A stretch of DNA of 64,000 bases from an uncultured delta proteobacterium. Its GTDB lineage: Bacteria; Desulfobacterota; Binatia; Binatales; Binataceae. The notes beneath the pieces are model-generated. The model was not told the origin of the DNA. It did not search any database and saw nothing but the letters and a program-made list of their open reading frames with translations. Each line of letters starts with the position of its first letter. Positions within the stretch are counted from its first letter, which is position 1. Positions 1 to 9,980 of this stretch are shown here, in pieces. Made by a program: the position numbers and the translations under genes. The stretch spans positions 1,280,001 to 1,344,000 of the forward strand of contig CAVQEQ010000004.1 in assembly GCA_963711565.1 (NCBI GenBank). Reading direction: 5' to 3'.

Positions 1-816
1 GCCGATCGTGCGTTCCACCGGATGCCGCGTGCCGCCCGAGACGCGCTCGTACATCAGCGTCGCGATCGACACCTGCCATCCCGCGTTCAGATCGCCGACG
101 AGGTTTTCTTTCGGCACGCGCACGTTGTCGTAGAAGACCTCGTTGAATCCGGCGTCGCCGGTGATCTGAACGAGAGGCCGCACCGTAATTCCGGGGCTAT
201 GCATATCGACGAGCAGGTACGAGATTCCCTTGTGCTTCGGCGCCGCGGGATCGGTGCGCACCAGCAGCACCTGCCAGTCCGCGCGATGCGCCAAACTGGT
301 CCACACTTTCTGCCCGTTGATCACGAAGGTGTCGCCGTCGAGTACGGCGCGCGTCTGCAGGCCCGCGAGGTCGGAGCCCGCGCCGGGTTCGGAGTAACCC
401 TGGCACCAGATTTCCTCACCGGTCAGCATCTTGAGCAGGTAGCGCCTTTTCTGCTGCTCGGTGCCGAGATGCATGATCGTCGGCCCGATTCGATCGATCG
501 CGAGCTGGTTGGCGCCGTAGAGCGGCAGTCCGAGACGCAGCACTTCGTCCTGGTAGATAGACTGATCGATCATGTTCGCGCCGCCGCCGCCCCATTCCTT
601 GGGCCAGTGCAGCGCAACGTAGCCGGCCTTGTAGAGCCGGCGATGGTAGTCGAGCAGTTGCGCCCAGCGGCCGTCGTCGCGCACGTCGAGCAGGCTCGCA
701 GTCGAGCCGCCGAGACCCTCGCCCTTGCTCCCGAAAGCTGCGGCGGAGTTCTTCTGGAGCCATCCCGCAATCTCAGCGCGAAATTTTTCCTGTTCCGGCG
801 TGTAGGTAAAATCCAT
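1..816 (-). CDS. acyl-CoA dehydrogenase (FadE-like), runs off the left edge of the window
   Basis: Read manually on the minus strand from ATG at 816 (MDFTYTPEQEKFR...). Contains WPKEWGG, WCQGYSEPGAGSDLA, INGQKVWTS and FNEVFYDNVRVP motifs. Absent from the ORF track because its stop lies outside the window. Confidence 0.92.
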   Translation of the reverse strand, partial: MDFTYTPEQEKFRAEIAGWLQKNSAAAFGSKGEGLGGSTASLLDVRDDGRWAQLLDYHRRLYKAGYVALHWPKEWGGGGANMIDQSIYQDEVLRLGLPLYGANQLAIDRIGPTIMHLGTEQQKRRYLLKMLTGEEIWCQGYSEPGAGSDLAGLQTRAVLDGDTFVINGQKVWTSLAHRADWQVLLVRTDPAAPKHKGISYLLVDMHSPGITVRPLVQITGDAGFNEVFYDNVRVPKENLVGDLNAGWQVSIATLMYERVSGGTRHPVERTIG

Positions 817-923
817 CGGCTGCTCCGCGTGATTGCTCGCCGCGAGTATAGCGCGGTCGAAGCACAGGCGTTAACGGCGGAGCGAAGGTTGATCGTGAGA
901 TATATCCGTGGTAGATACCAATC

Positions 924-1157
924 ATGAAACGTGAGATCGCCAAAGTCTTTAAGACGGGCCGGAGCCAGGCGGTTCGGATTCCTAAGCGATTCAGGTTCGC
1001 CACAGACGAGGTTCTGATCGAGCGTGACGGGGAAAAGGTGATTCTCACACCCCGTCCTCGCTCATGGAAGGAATACTTCGCGACCGCGCCGCGGTTGCCC
1101 GCTGACTTCCCCAGACGTATCCGCGATCGCCGTCCCGAGAAAGTTGAGCCGCTCTAA
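924..1157 (+). CDS. vapB: VapB antitoxin (AbrB/MazE-type)
   Basis: 77 aa; AKVFKTGRSQAVRIPKRFRF is typical of AbrB-fold VapB; immediately upstream of a PIN-domain toxin. Confidence 0.9.
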   Translation: MKREIAKVFKTGRSQAVRIPKRFRFATDEVLIERDGEKVILTPRPRSWKEYFATAPRLPADFPRRIRDRRPEKVEPL

Positions 1158-1556
1158 TTGCCGCGAGTGATGCTCGACAGCGATGTGTGTATCGACGTGA
1201 TGCGCGGCCGGTCGCCTTCGATACGCGCGCGCCTCGAACGCATGAGTCCTGAAGAAGTTGCGGTTTCCTCCGTTGTCGCAGGCGAATTGTGGACCGGCGT
1301 GTCGAAATCAACGCAACCCGAGCGCTCGAGAAGTGCGATCAACGCATTTTTAGCGTATGTCTCAGTTCTCGATTGGCCAGCCGAGTTAGCCCCAAGCTAC
1401 GGTGAGCTCAGAGCGCAACTGGAGAGTTCCGGTCGGTCTATCGGTGCAATGGATCTGTTGATCGCCGCGCACGCGATCCACGAAAAGGCGATCTTCGTTA
1501 CGCGCAATCTGTCCGAATTCCGTCGAATCAGTAATCTAAAGATAGAGAGCTGGTGA
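1158..1556 (+). CDS. vapC: VapC PIN-domain ribonuclease toxin
   Basis: MLDSDVCI, E in VAGEL, IGAMDLLIAAHA and VTRNLSEF acidic PIN motifs; TTG start abuts the vapB stop. Confidence 0.92.
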   Translation: MPRVMLDSDVCIDVMRGRSPSIRARLERMSPEEVAVSSVVAGELWTGVSKSTQPERSRSAINAFLAYVSVLDWPAELAPSYGELRAQLESSGRSIGAMDLLIAAHAIHEKAIFVTRNLSEFRRISNLKIESW

Positions 1557-1568
1557 TGCCATTCCTCA

Positions 1569-1588
1569 ATACTGGCATCACGAATCCT
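1569..1588 (+). repeat. 20-bp direct repeat copy 1 (ATACTGGCATCACGAATCCT)
   Basis: Identical 20-mer at 2262-2281; both copies are followed within a few bases by a TATA-like hexamer. Confidence 0.85.
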
Positions 1589-1634
1589 CTGGTATAGATT
1601 GCTTGTAGTCACAATCTGAACTACAGTAGCTGCG

Positions 1635-1934
1635 TTGCCTAAGCGCGCCATCAAGCTTGGCCACGATGCGGTTCGTCAGTTTGCGGCGCTCAGTGCCGCC
1701 GAACGCTCGCGGCTGGCGGCGGCCATGCAGGCCGCGCTCGGCGAAGATGACGCCAACATTGAAAACAAGAACCGCTTTCGCTTGCGGCGGCCGTCTGGGC
1801 AGTTCGAATTTGAGTTCCGCGACGGCAACTTGCGTGTCTTCTATCGCGTCGGAGATCGGGAGGTGCTGGTTGATGCCATCGGACGTAAGCGGGGCAATCA
1901 GCTTTTCATCGGCGGCAGAAGGGTGACCCTATGA
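1635..1934 (+). CDS. RelE/ParE/HigB-like toxin
   Basis: 99 aa with FEFRDGNLRVFYRV...VLVDAIGRK typical of the RelE superfamily; ATGA overlap with the downstream antitoxin. Confidence 0.75.
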   Translation: MPKRAIKLGHDAVRQFAALSAAERSRLAAAMQAALGEDDANIENKNRFRLRRPSGQFEFEFRDGNLRVFYRVGDREVLVDAIGRKRGNQLFIGGRRVTL

Positions 1935-2251
1935 AGATTGAGAACATTCGCGAGGTCAAAACGCGGTTCAGCCGCTACGTCAAGGAGCTGCCCAAAAGCG
2001 GCTCGGTCCTGATCACGAAGAACGGGCGACCGTGCGCGGCGCTGGTGCCTGTTACCGAAGACACCGATCTTGAAGCGCTCGCGCTCTCTCAGAACAAGAG
2101 CTTCTGGAAGATAATCGACGACGCGATCGAGCGTGGGAGAAAAAAGGGCTTCGTCAGTTTAGCAAGTCTCCTGGACGCCGCGCCGCGACTGCCCGCCGAT
2201 TTTCCTAAACGGATTCGAGATCGAAGGCCTGAAAGAGTGAAGCCGCTCTGA
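1931..2251 (+). CDS. Phd/YefM-family antitoxin with a VapB-derived C-terminal tail
   Basis: NIREVKTRFSRYV...VLITKNGRPCAALVP is a Phd/YefM N-terminus; the last ~25 aa nearly duplicate the VapB C-terminus. Confidence 0.8.
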   Translation: MKIENIREVKTRFSRYVKELPKSGSVLITKNGRPCAALVPVTEDTDLEALALSQNKSFWKIIDDAIERGRKKGFVSLASLLDAAPRLPADFPKRIRDRRPERVKPL

Positions 2252-2261
2252 CCGCGCGCCG

Positions 2262-2281
2262 ATACTGGCATCACGAATCCT
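2262..2281 (+). repeat. 20-bp direct repeat copy 2, probably part of the icd promoter
   Basis: Identical to 1569-1588; lies about 70 bp upstream of the icd start. Confidence 0.85.
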
Positions 2282-2353
2282 TTGCTATATGATGTCGAGA
2301 TACTGCGCGCGCGGGCGCGCCATCATTAACACACGAGGCAAATTGCGACTCCG

Positions 2354-3601
2354 ATGGCATACGAGCACATCAAGGTTCCCAGCAACGGCGAGAAGATCAC
2401 TCTTGGCGCCAATCACACTCTGAAAGTTCCCGACCGCCCGATCATTCCGTTTATCGAAGGCGACGGCACCGGACCCGACATCTGGCGCGCGTCACAGTAC
2501 GTCTTCGACAATGCGGTCAAGAAAATTTACGGCGGCAAGCGCCAGATCGCCTGGATGGAAGTATTCGCGGGCGAGAAACCGTTCAACCAGTGGAAGAATT
2601 GGCTGCCCGACGAAACCGTCGAGGCGTTCCGCGAATTCCTCGTCGGCATCAAGGGGCCGCTGACGACGCCGATCGGCGGCGGCATCCGATCGCTCAACGT
2701 AGCGCTGCGCCAGATGCTCGATCTCTACGTATGCCTGCGGCCGGTGCGCTACTTCGCGGGCGTGCCGAGTCCGGTCAAGCATCCGGAGAAACTCGACGTC
2801 GTGATCTTCCGCGAGAACACCGAAGACATCTATGCGGGAATCGAATGGCCGGCGGAGTCGCCCGAGGCAAAGAAGCTGATCAAGTTCTTGCAAGACGAAA
2901 TGGGCGTCCAGAAAATCCGCTTTCCCAACACGTCGGGAATCGGTATCAAGCCGGTTTCGCGTGAAGGCAGCGAACGGCTCATCCGCGCCGCGCTCGACTA
3001 TGCGATTAAGCACAAGCGCAAGAGCGTGACCTTCGTGCACAAGGGCAATATCATGAAGTTCACCGAGGGCGCGTTCCGCGATTGGGGCTACGAACTCGTC
3101 CGCCGCGAGTACAAGGGCAAGGCCGTTGGATGGGACGATTGCAACGGCAAGCCGCCCGCCGGCGAGCTGCTGGTCAAGGATGCGATCGCGGATATCACTC
3201 TGCAGCAGGTGCTGACGCGGCCCGACGAATTCGACGTCGTCGCCACGATGAATCTCAACGGCGACTACATCTCGGACGCGCTGGCGGCGCAGGTCGGCGG
3301 CATCGGAATCGCTCCTGGAGCCAACATCAACTACCTTACAGGTCACGCGATCTTCGAGGCGACGCATGGCACCGCGCCCAAGTACGCCAACCAGGACAAG
3401 GTGAATCCGGGCTCGGTCATTTTGTCGGGCGTGCTGATGTTCGAGCACATGGGATGGCAGGAAGTTGCCGACGGCATTATCCGCGGCCTCGAAAAGACGA
3501 TCGGCAAGAAAGAAGTGACTTACGACTTCGAGCGGCTGATGACAGGGGCGAAGCTGCTGAAGTGCTCGGAGTTCGGCAAAGCGATCGTCGACAATATCTG
3601 A
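2354..3601 (+). CDS. icd: NADP-dependent isocitrate dehydrogenase
   Basis: [54 protein letters not shown] and [11 protein letters not shown] motifs. Confidence 0.98.
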   Translation: MAYEHIKVPSNGEKITLGANHTLKVPDRPIIPFIEGDGTGPDIWRASQYVFDNAVKKIYGGKRQIAWMEVFAGEKPFNQWKNWLPDETVEAFREFLVGIKGPLTTPIGGGIRSLNVALRQMLDLYVCLRPVRYFAGVPSPVKHPEKLDVVIFRENTEDIYAGIEWPAESPEAKKLIKFLQDEMGVQKIRFPNTSGIGIKPVSREGSERLIRAALDYAIKHKRKSVTFVHKGNIMKFTEGAFRDWGYELVRREYKGKAVGWDDCNGKPPAGELLVKDAIADITLQQVLTRPDEFDVVATMNLNGDYISDALAAQVGGIGIAPGANINYLTGHAIFEATHGTAPKYANQDKVNPGSVILSGVLMFEHMGWQEVADGIIRGLEKTIGKKEVTYDFERLMTGAKLLKCSEFGKAIVDNI

Positions 3602-3615
3602 GCCGCGATCCCTTT

Positions 3616-3660
3616 AATCCGGTTCCCCTTCCCGCGCGGGAAGGGGATTAGGGGTTAGGT
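3616..3660 (-). repeat. REP-like palindromic element family A, copy 1
   Basis: Perfect palindrome CCCCTTCCCGCGCGGGAAGGGG (3625-3646) plus CCTAACCCCTAA tail on the minus strand; near-identical copies at 57551, 58402 and 60623. Confidence 0.9.
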
Positions 3661-4964
3661 TGCAGGATGATCTGATCCGCGCACCACTGCCCGGTCTCGA
3701 TTGCCGACTCGAAATGCGGCAAGCCCATGTAGTCGCCCGCCAGCAGGACGCGCCGCGAGGACGGCCGCGACTTGCGGTATTCCGCGAGGTCGCGGCTGCG
3801 GCCTACCGGTGACTTGGGCAGCGCAATGGGCAATCGCATGATTTCCGCGAAGCGCTTCGTCGCCGTAGCGCCTGGGAAGAATCGCTCGATGTCCGGCAAC
3901 ACCTTTGCGACGATCTCGTCGTCCGATAGATCCATCAACGCGGCCGCTGCTCGGGTCTTGACGAACAGGTTCAGCATCTCACCGTCCGGCACGCGCGTTA
4001 TATCCTTGGCCGACTCGAGCGTAGCCGACGCGACCAATTGACGGTCTGGGCGCGGGACCAGAAATCCCCAAACATCCTTCAGCCCCGGTTCATCGCGCCA
4101 ATGGCGGCTGGTGGCGAGACCAATCTTGACCCCCTGTGCGTACTCGGTCGCCATCAGCCGGCGTTCAACCTCGTCGCCGCCGCGATACAGCCGCGCCGCA
4201 ATCGGCGCAGTTGCCGCGAGCACGACCTGATCCGCACGCAACTGCTCGCCCGATAGCTGAACGACAGCGCCGTCGTCGTGAACCTCGATAGATTGCACCG
4301 GCGATTCCAGCTTGACGTTGACCTTCGAGGCGAGAGTCTCCGGCAACGAACCCATCCCGCGCACGAGAGTCATCTCTTTGCTGCGGCCGTTGTCGGTGAG
4401 AGCCAGCGTTGCCAGCGTCGCCGCGCGCGACGTTTCTTCGATATCGCAGAGCAAGCCTCCCGAGACGAGCGGCTCGACCAGATAATCGGCGGCGCGGCCC
4501 ATCCGTGGCGCACACCACGTGGCCGTGTCCTCGTCGTCGTATTCGGCCCACGCCGCGTAGTTATCGACGGGCGGCCAGTGCAGTTTCGTCGTATGCCAGA
4601 TGAAGCGGGCGAGGTCGGGCAGGCTGACCAGTCCCGAGGTCAGCGCATATATCGGGAACATCGCGCCCGACGGCATCCGGCGCGGGCGGCCATCTTTGAC
4701 GATCGCCATCCACGGGCTCGTTGGCCTCAGCTCCGCCTCGAGCCCCAGCTCCTTCACGAGGCCGAGGGCGTTGCGATAAGTGCTGGTGATCAGCTGCGCG
4801 CCGCGCTCGATTTTGTAACCGTCGCGCGAGTCGGTGCCGACCCGGCCGCCGACGCGGTCGTTCGCTTCGAGCACCGTCACGTCAACTCCCGCCTTTCGCA
4901 GTCGATACGCGGCGGCGAGTCCGGCCATCCCCGCGCCAACGACGATTACCCTTTTGTTCGCCAT
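3648..4964 (-). CDS. FAD-dependent oxidoreductase (flavin amine oxidase / protoporphyrinogen oxidase-like)
   Basis: [14 protein letters not shown] Rossmann motif, EANDRVGGR and C-terminal LAGDY...ESAIETG. Confidence 0.88.
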   Translation of the reverse strand: MANKRVIVVGAGMAGLAAAYRLRKAGVDVTVLEANDRVGGRVGTDSRDGYKIERGAQLITSTYRNALGLVKELGLEAELRPTSPWMAIVKDGRPRRMPSGAMFPIYALTSGLVSLPDLARFIWHTTKLHWPPVDNYAAWAEYDDEDTATWCAPRMGRAADYLVEPLVSGGLLCDIEETSRAATLATLALTDNGRSKEMTLVRGMGSLPETLASKVNVKLESPVQSIEVHDDGAVVQLSGEQLRADQVVLAATAPIAARLYRGGDEVERRLMATEYAQGVKIGLATSRHWRDEPGLKDVWGFLVPRPDRQLVASATLESAKDITRVPDGEMLNLFVKTRAAAALMDLSDDEIVAKVLPDIERFFPGATATKRFAEIMRLPIALPKSPVGRSRDLAEYRKSRPSSRRVLLAGDYMGLPHFESAIETGQWCADQIILQPNP

Positions 4965-5022
4965 GTGAATCTCGCGGGCGAAGCTAGCAGAGGTTGTTGT
5001 CGAGGGCTAATCGAGCAGGCTC

Positions 5023-5875
5023 TCAAGATTCGCCGAAGTTGGTCGCGATGATAAGCGAGCAGAGTGCTTCTTCGACGAAGTCGATGACGGATATTCCGAA
5101 TCGGCCCCGCGGATTCGCCGCGAAGAAGTCTGCGACCGCCGGGTTGATGCGATCGGACACGAAGGTTATGTCGGGAAGCCCGCGCAAGCCGGGTTTGTAG
5201 CCGCTTGTGAAGTTCAGGTAGAGCGCATCATCGCGCGCGGCTGCGGCCTCCCGGTAGTGACGTTTAATCGCGGCAATCTTCGCCGACGTGTCCGGCACGA
5301 TGTAGTCGTCCTGGATTCTGAGGTTTGCTTCACCGTCTATCGTGAACGTCGCATTGACCGGCCAGTTTGTGGCGTCGATGCCTTTCGGGGAGTTTGTCGT
5401 CGGAAACTGCCGCAGCAGGACGATCTTTGCCGCGGCTTCCTTCAGGGTCGGAATCTTCCCACCCAGGTGCCACCTGTTAGGATCTTTCGCGACGTACCAG
5501 TCGAAGGTCTCTTCAAATAAGCGAGTGCTTCGCGCGGGCGCGGTTTCCTGCTTGACACTCATGATGATGCATTCGGTGGCGTTCTCGGACAGGAAGCTCG
5601 TGCAGGCTGTCAGGACGTTCCTCAAAGTTCAGCAGCTGAGAGACGCGTCCATGGTAGATCTTGAACAAGTTGTCAACGTTACGGCATCGGATGTCGAGGT
5701 AGCGGACTCCGATCGCGAGCTGTTCGGCAATCGCCAGGTTCTGGCACCTGGATGTTCCGCGCAACGGCTCGTGCAACGCACCCGAGTCGTGGGAGCCGGG
5801 AATCGACAACGCCGAGAGAAGCGTGCCGCCATCGAGCGCTCCCATCCAGCCGCGACCGGTATAGGAGGGCGCCAT
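5023..5875 (-). pseudogene. phosphatidylinositol-specific phospholipase C (PI-PLC X domain), single frameshift near 5618
   Basis: N-terminal part has SIPGSHDS, QLAIGVRYLDIR and IYHG; C-terminal part has ECIIMSVKQE, KIVLLR, IQDDY and LYLNFTSG. Removing one A from GAGGAACGTC restores a continuous frame (FEDVLTAC). May be a sequencing error. Confidence 0.82.
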
Positions 5876-5891
5876 CCGGACGTCGGGAGCG

Positions 5892-6725
5892 CTAGTACGG
5901 CCTATCGCCGTTGATCGTTATCCGCTCCATCCGGCGGTTGGCCGTCTTGTTGTCGGCGACCACTCGATGCTGCGTGCAGCGGTTGTCCCACATCGCGACC
6001 GAGTTGGCGCGCCATCGGAAGCGGCAACTGAAATCCGGGGTCGTCATATGATGGTAGAGAAAAGAGAGCAGCGCCGTGCTCTCGGCCGGCTTCATGTCCT
6101 TGATGTGAGAGGTGAAGGTCGTGTTGACGAACAATCCCTTGCGGCCGGTCTCGGGATGCGTGCGGACCACGGGATGCTCCGCAGACATCACGGGCGGCGG
6201 CTGTCGTCCGGTGCCTGCGGTGTCGTAGCTTGGGCGTGAGAAGCTTCGAACAGTGTCGTGCACCGCGACGAGGTCCGAGAGCATCCGCTGCATCTTGTCT
6301 GACAGCGCATCGTAGGCCGCGTACATGCTCGCCCACATCGTGTCGCCGCCGAACTCGGGCGCCTCGACGCATCGCAGCACCGAGCCGAGCGGAGGTTCCT
6401 GCACGAACGTCACATCGCTGTGCCAGTTCTCCGCCAGGTACGGACTCTGCGCGTTGCTGTAGAGCAGGATGAACTCGGGATGTCCTTCATTCTTGAGCGG
6501 CTGGAGGAAGGGATGAATCTGCAGCGTGCCGAAGCGGCTTCCGAACGCCTTTTGCTGGTCGCGCGTGATCTCCTGGTCGCGGAAGAAGAGAACCTGGTGC
6601 TCGAGGAATGCAGCGCGCACTTCCTGGAACGCGTCTTCGTTGACGTCGCCGAGGTGAAAGTCGCTGACCTCTGCCCCGAGCGCGCCCGCAACCGGATTGA
6701 CAGTGATGTGCTTGAAACTCGTCAT
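5892..6725 (-). CDS. TauD/TfdA family Fe(II)/2-oxoglutarate dioxygenase
   Basis: WHSDVTF (HxD), GGDTMW, HPVVRTHPETGRK and WDNRCTQH; start taken at MTSFKHI. Confidence 0.93.
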   Translation of the reverse strand: MTSFKHITVNPVAGALGAEVSDFHLGDVNEDAFQEVRAAFLEHQVLFFRDQEITRDQQKAFGSRFGTLQIHPFLQPLKNEGHPEFILLYSNAQSPYLAENWHSDVTFVQEPPLGSVLRCVEAPEFGGDTMWASMYAAYDALSDKMQRMLSDLVAVHDTVRSFSRPSYDTAGTGRQPPPVMSAEHPVVRTHPETGRKGLFVNTTFTSHIKDMKPAESTALLSFLYHHMTTPDFSCRFRWRANSVAMWDNRCTQHRVVADNKTANRRMERITINGDRPY

Positions 6726-6840
6726 CGCAATATCTCCCCGGCCAACATATAAGACCGCGCCGACGCGGGCCACACCGCCCGGGAAGGTTATTGGCTGCGG
6801 TCCCCCCACGGCTTAGACTCTGATGCGGGGAGGAGCGGCA

Positions 6841-7590
6841 ATGTTCGTCCGAATTCCAGCGTTGACGCTTACGGCTGCGCTCGCGGTGGCACTGGCGCTA
6901 TCGGTGCCCGCTCGCGCGCAGGATATGAAAGGCATGGACATGAGCGGCCATGATATGTCGGACATGTCGATGTCGGGCGATTCGATGATGGATCACGACG
7001 TGCACATGGACAACGGCAATATGAAAAATATGGCGCTGCACATGGCGTTCACCGACCTGCGGCCCGCCAACGATGCCGACAAGGCGCGCGCCGCGGTGCT
7101 GGTGACCGATCTTCAGCATGCGCTGGCCAAGTACAAGGACTATCACGTCGCCGAGGCCGATGGCTTCAAACCCTTTCATCCTGAGCTTAAACAGCAGAAG
7201 GTCGTGCACTTCACCAAGAACTGGTACGGCCTCAAAGCCATGTTCACGTTCAACACGACCGAGCCAACGTCGCTGCTCTACGAGCGCACACCGGACGGCG
7301 GGTACAAATTGATCGGCGCGATGTACACCGATCGCAAGGACGCCACCCTGGATCAGCTGAACCAGCGAGTCCCACTGAGCGTCGCGCGATGGCATCGGCA
7401 CATCAACTTCTGTTTTCCGCCGAAAGGCGCCGACATGAAGACTGCCGATTGGACGAAGTTCGGCATGGGGTCGATCGCCACCAAGGAAGCCTGCGACGCT
7501 GTCGGCGGCCGCTTCTATCCGCAAATATTCGGCTGGATGGTTCACGTCTATCCGTGGGAGACCAACCCGCAACTCGTGTGGGCGCACTAA
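6841..7590 (+). CDS. secreted hypothetical protein with Met/His-rich N-terminus (putative metal binding)
   Basis: Signal peptide ending in ARA-Q, followed by DMKGMDMSGHDMSDMSMSGDSMMDHDVHM; conserved-looking His/Cys motifs WHRHINFC and WMVHVY. Confidence 0.7.
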   Translation: MFVRIPALTLTAALAVALALSVPARAQDMKGMDMSGHDMSDMSMSGDSMMDHDVHMDNGNMKNMALHMAFTDLRPANDADKARAAVLVTDLQHALAKYKDYHVAEADGFKPFHPELKQQKVVHFTKNWYGLKAMFTFNTTEPTSLLYERTPDGGYKLIGAMYTDRKDATLDQLNQRVPLSVARWHRHINFCFPPKGADMKTADWTKFGMGSIATKEACDAVGGRFYPQIFGWMVHVYPWETNPQLVWAH

Positions 7591-7596
7591 CAACTG

Positions 7597-8502
7597 GTGA
7601 CGCCGTCCGTCGAATTGCTCGAGGTCCGAAAATCGTACGGCGGCTACGCGGCCGTTGACGGCATCTCGTTCGCAATTCCGCCGGCGCATATATTCGGCCT
7701 GCTCGGACCTAACGGTGCGGGCAAGACCAGCACGATCCGCATGATGATCGGGATCACGTCGCCCGATTCCGGAATCGTGAGGCTGTTCGGCGAGCCGCTG
7801 CGCCGTCGCGCGCTGCGCCGGGTCGGCTATCTGCCGGAAGAGCGCGGCCTGTACCGTCGGATGACGGTCGGAGCCAACTTCGTTTTTCTCGGACAGCTCG
7901 CGGGTCTGTCGATCGCCACGGCGAAGGAACGGATCGACAGGTGGACGAGGCGGCTCGAGATTGCGGATTGGGTCGATCGGCGCGTCGAGGAGTTGTCGAA
8001 GGGGATGCAGCAGAAAATCCAGTTCATCGCGGCGCTGCTGCACGACCCCGACTTGATCGTGATGGACGAGCCGTTCGCCGGCCTCGATCCCGTCAACACG
8101 ATGCAGCTCAAGGACGTGCTGGTCGGCCTGCGCGCGGCGGGGAAATCGATCCTGTTTTCGACGCATCGGATGGACCAGGTGGAGAAGCTGTGCGACTCGA
8201 TCTGTCTGATCAATCGCGGCAAGGCGGTGCTGCAGGGGAGCTTGAGCGAAGTGAAAAACGGCAACGGCCGCCGCTTTGTGCAGATCGATTACGAAGGCGA
8301 CGGCGCGTGCCTGGCCGGCAATCCGCTGATCGATTCGTTGAATGACTACGGCAATCACGCCGAGCTGCGCCTGAAGCCGGGCGCCGACTCGCAGGTACTG
8401 CTGGAGACCGCGATGCGGCAGTTACGCGTGCTCCGCTTCCAGGTGATGGACCCGTCGCTCGAACAGATCTTTATCGAACGAGTCTCAGGCAAAGATGACT
8501 GA
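7597..8502 (+). CDS. ABC-2 type transporter ATP-binding protein (NatA/YhaQ-like)
   Basis: Walker A GPNGAGKT, signature LSKGMQQ, Walker B DEPFAGLD and STH switch. Confidence 0.95.
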   Translation: MTPSVELLEVRKSYGGYAAVDGISFAIPPAHIFGLLGPNGAGKTSTIRMMIGITSPDSGIVRLFGEPLRRRALRRVGYLPEERGLYRRMTVGANFVFLGQLAGLSIATAKERIDRWTRRLEIADWVDRRVEELSKGMQQKIQFIAALLHDPDLIVMDEPFAGLDPVNTMQLKDVLVGLRAAGKSILFSTHRMDQVEKLCDSICLINRGKAVLQGSLSEVKNGNGRRFVQIDYEGDGACLAGNPLIDSLNDYGNHAELRLKPGADSQVLLETAMRQLRVLRFQVMDPSLEQIFIERVSGKDD

Positions 8503-9770
8503 CTTCTCGGTCAAAAAAGTCTGGATTATTGCGAAGCGTGAATACCTCGAGCGGGTGAGGACACGATCGTTCCTGCTCTCGACTTTCGTCACTCCGCTGC
8601 TGATGGGAGCGTTTCTGGTCCTGCCCACCGTGATCAGCGAATCCGCAGCCCGCAACATCATGCGCGACAGCGAGCGACCGGCGCGAGTCGTGATAGCGTC
8701 GGACAATCGCGCGTTGGCGGAATTGGTGAGCGGCGAATTAATCCGCCAGAAGGGCACGCGCTACGAGCCATCCGTCGTATCGCCAACGTCGACGGGCGAG
8801 CGCGAGCGGCTCGACAAGCAACTCAATGACAGCGACATCGAGGGCTATGTGTGGCTCGACGGCCCGGCGATCGCTTCGCGCCAGGTGGTTTTCTCGACGC
8901 GCCGGATAAGCGATTTCATTCTCCAGCACCGGCTCAGTGACGCCTTGTCGTACGCATTCGCCGCGCAGCGCATGGTGCAGCAGGGCAACAGCACCGGTGA
9001 CGTGGCCGCAACGCTGGAGCCTGTGACCCTGACCGCGGTTCGTGCGGGCAATACGTCGGCGATGTACAACGAGCTGCGCGGCGCCATAGTCGTGTTCATC
9101 CTGATGTTCGTGATGCTGTTCTCGCTGCTGTCGTACGGCGTGATGGTGATGCGTTCGGTCATGGAGGAAAAGAGCTCGCGCATCACCGAGGTACTGATGT
9201 GCGCAGCGAGCGCGCCGGAACTGATGTCCGGGAAGATTCTCGGCACCGGCAGCGTCGGCCTGACGCAGATCGGAGTATGGCTTTCGCTCGCGGGGTTCGG
9301 CGCGTCGCGCAGCCTGTTCCTGCGCACCACGATGGCAGCGCTCGAACGTCGGGCCGTCGCTGATAATTTATTTCGTCATCTTCTACACGCTGGGCTACCT
9401 GCTTTACAGCGCGATTTTCGCCGGCGTCGGCGCGATCTTCAATTCGATCGACGAAGCGCAGCAGTGGAACTTCGTGGTCATCCTGCCGTTGATCGCCGCG
9501 TCGGCGATGATTCTGCCGGTGGCGACCTCGTCGGATTCGATGCTCTCGGTGGCGGGTTCGCTGTTTCCGTTCTGCTCGCCGATCCTGATGTTCGAGCGGC
9601 TCGCGGTTCACAATCCGCCGCTATGGCAAATCGTGCTGTCGCTGATTCTGCTGCTGGCGACGATCGGCGGAACGATGTTCGTCAGCGCGCGAATCTACCG
9701 GACGGGAATTCTGATGTATGGCAAGCGTCCGACGATCCGCGAGGTCTCACGATGGATGCGGGCCGCGTGA
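8495..9770 (+). pseudogene. ABC-2 permease (NatB/YhaP-like), single frameshift near 9345
   Basis: IAKREYLERVR and VMEEKSSRITEVL motifs; hydrophobic helices continue in another frame after CTCGAACGTC and end ARIYRTGILMYGKRP. Likely sequencing error. Confidence 0.85.
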
Positions 9771-9980
9771 GCGGCTTATGCACCGAAGGTCGCTCGCGGC
9801 ACCATCCGATTGCTTCACAAGTTCCGCAAACGCTGCTATCTATCCGACGTTTGCTTGCTTGGCCGCCGCGATGGTTGGAGCATTAGGCGCGACGACTCAC
9901 TTAAGTATTGCTCATTAACAGAGACGCGAATATAAGGTAGGCTTCAGGAAGAGGAACGACCGGAGGCAGGGAGCAAAAGC

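Noticed and set aside
22-927. 301-aa plus-strand ORF
   Set aside because: Antisense shadow of the minus-strand acyl-CoA dehydrogenase, which carries all the family motifs.
2266-2286. TGGCA...TTGC as a sigma54 promoter for icd
   Set aside because: The GG-to-GC spacing is too long for a -24/-12 promoter.
3648-3660. TTAGGGGTTAGG telomere-like sequence
   Set aside because: Only two units, always attached to the family A palindrome; part of the REP-like element rather than a telomeric tract.
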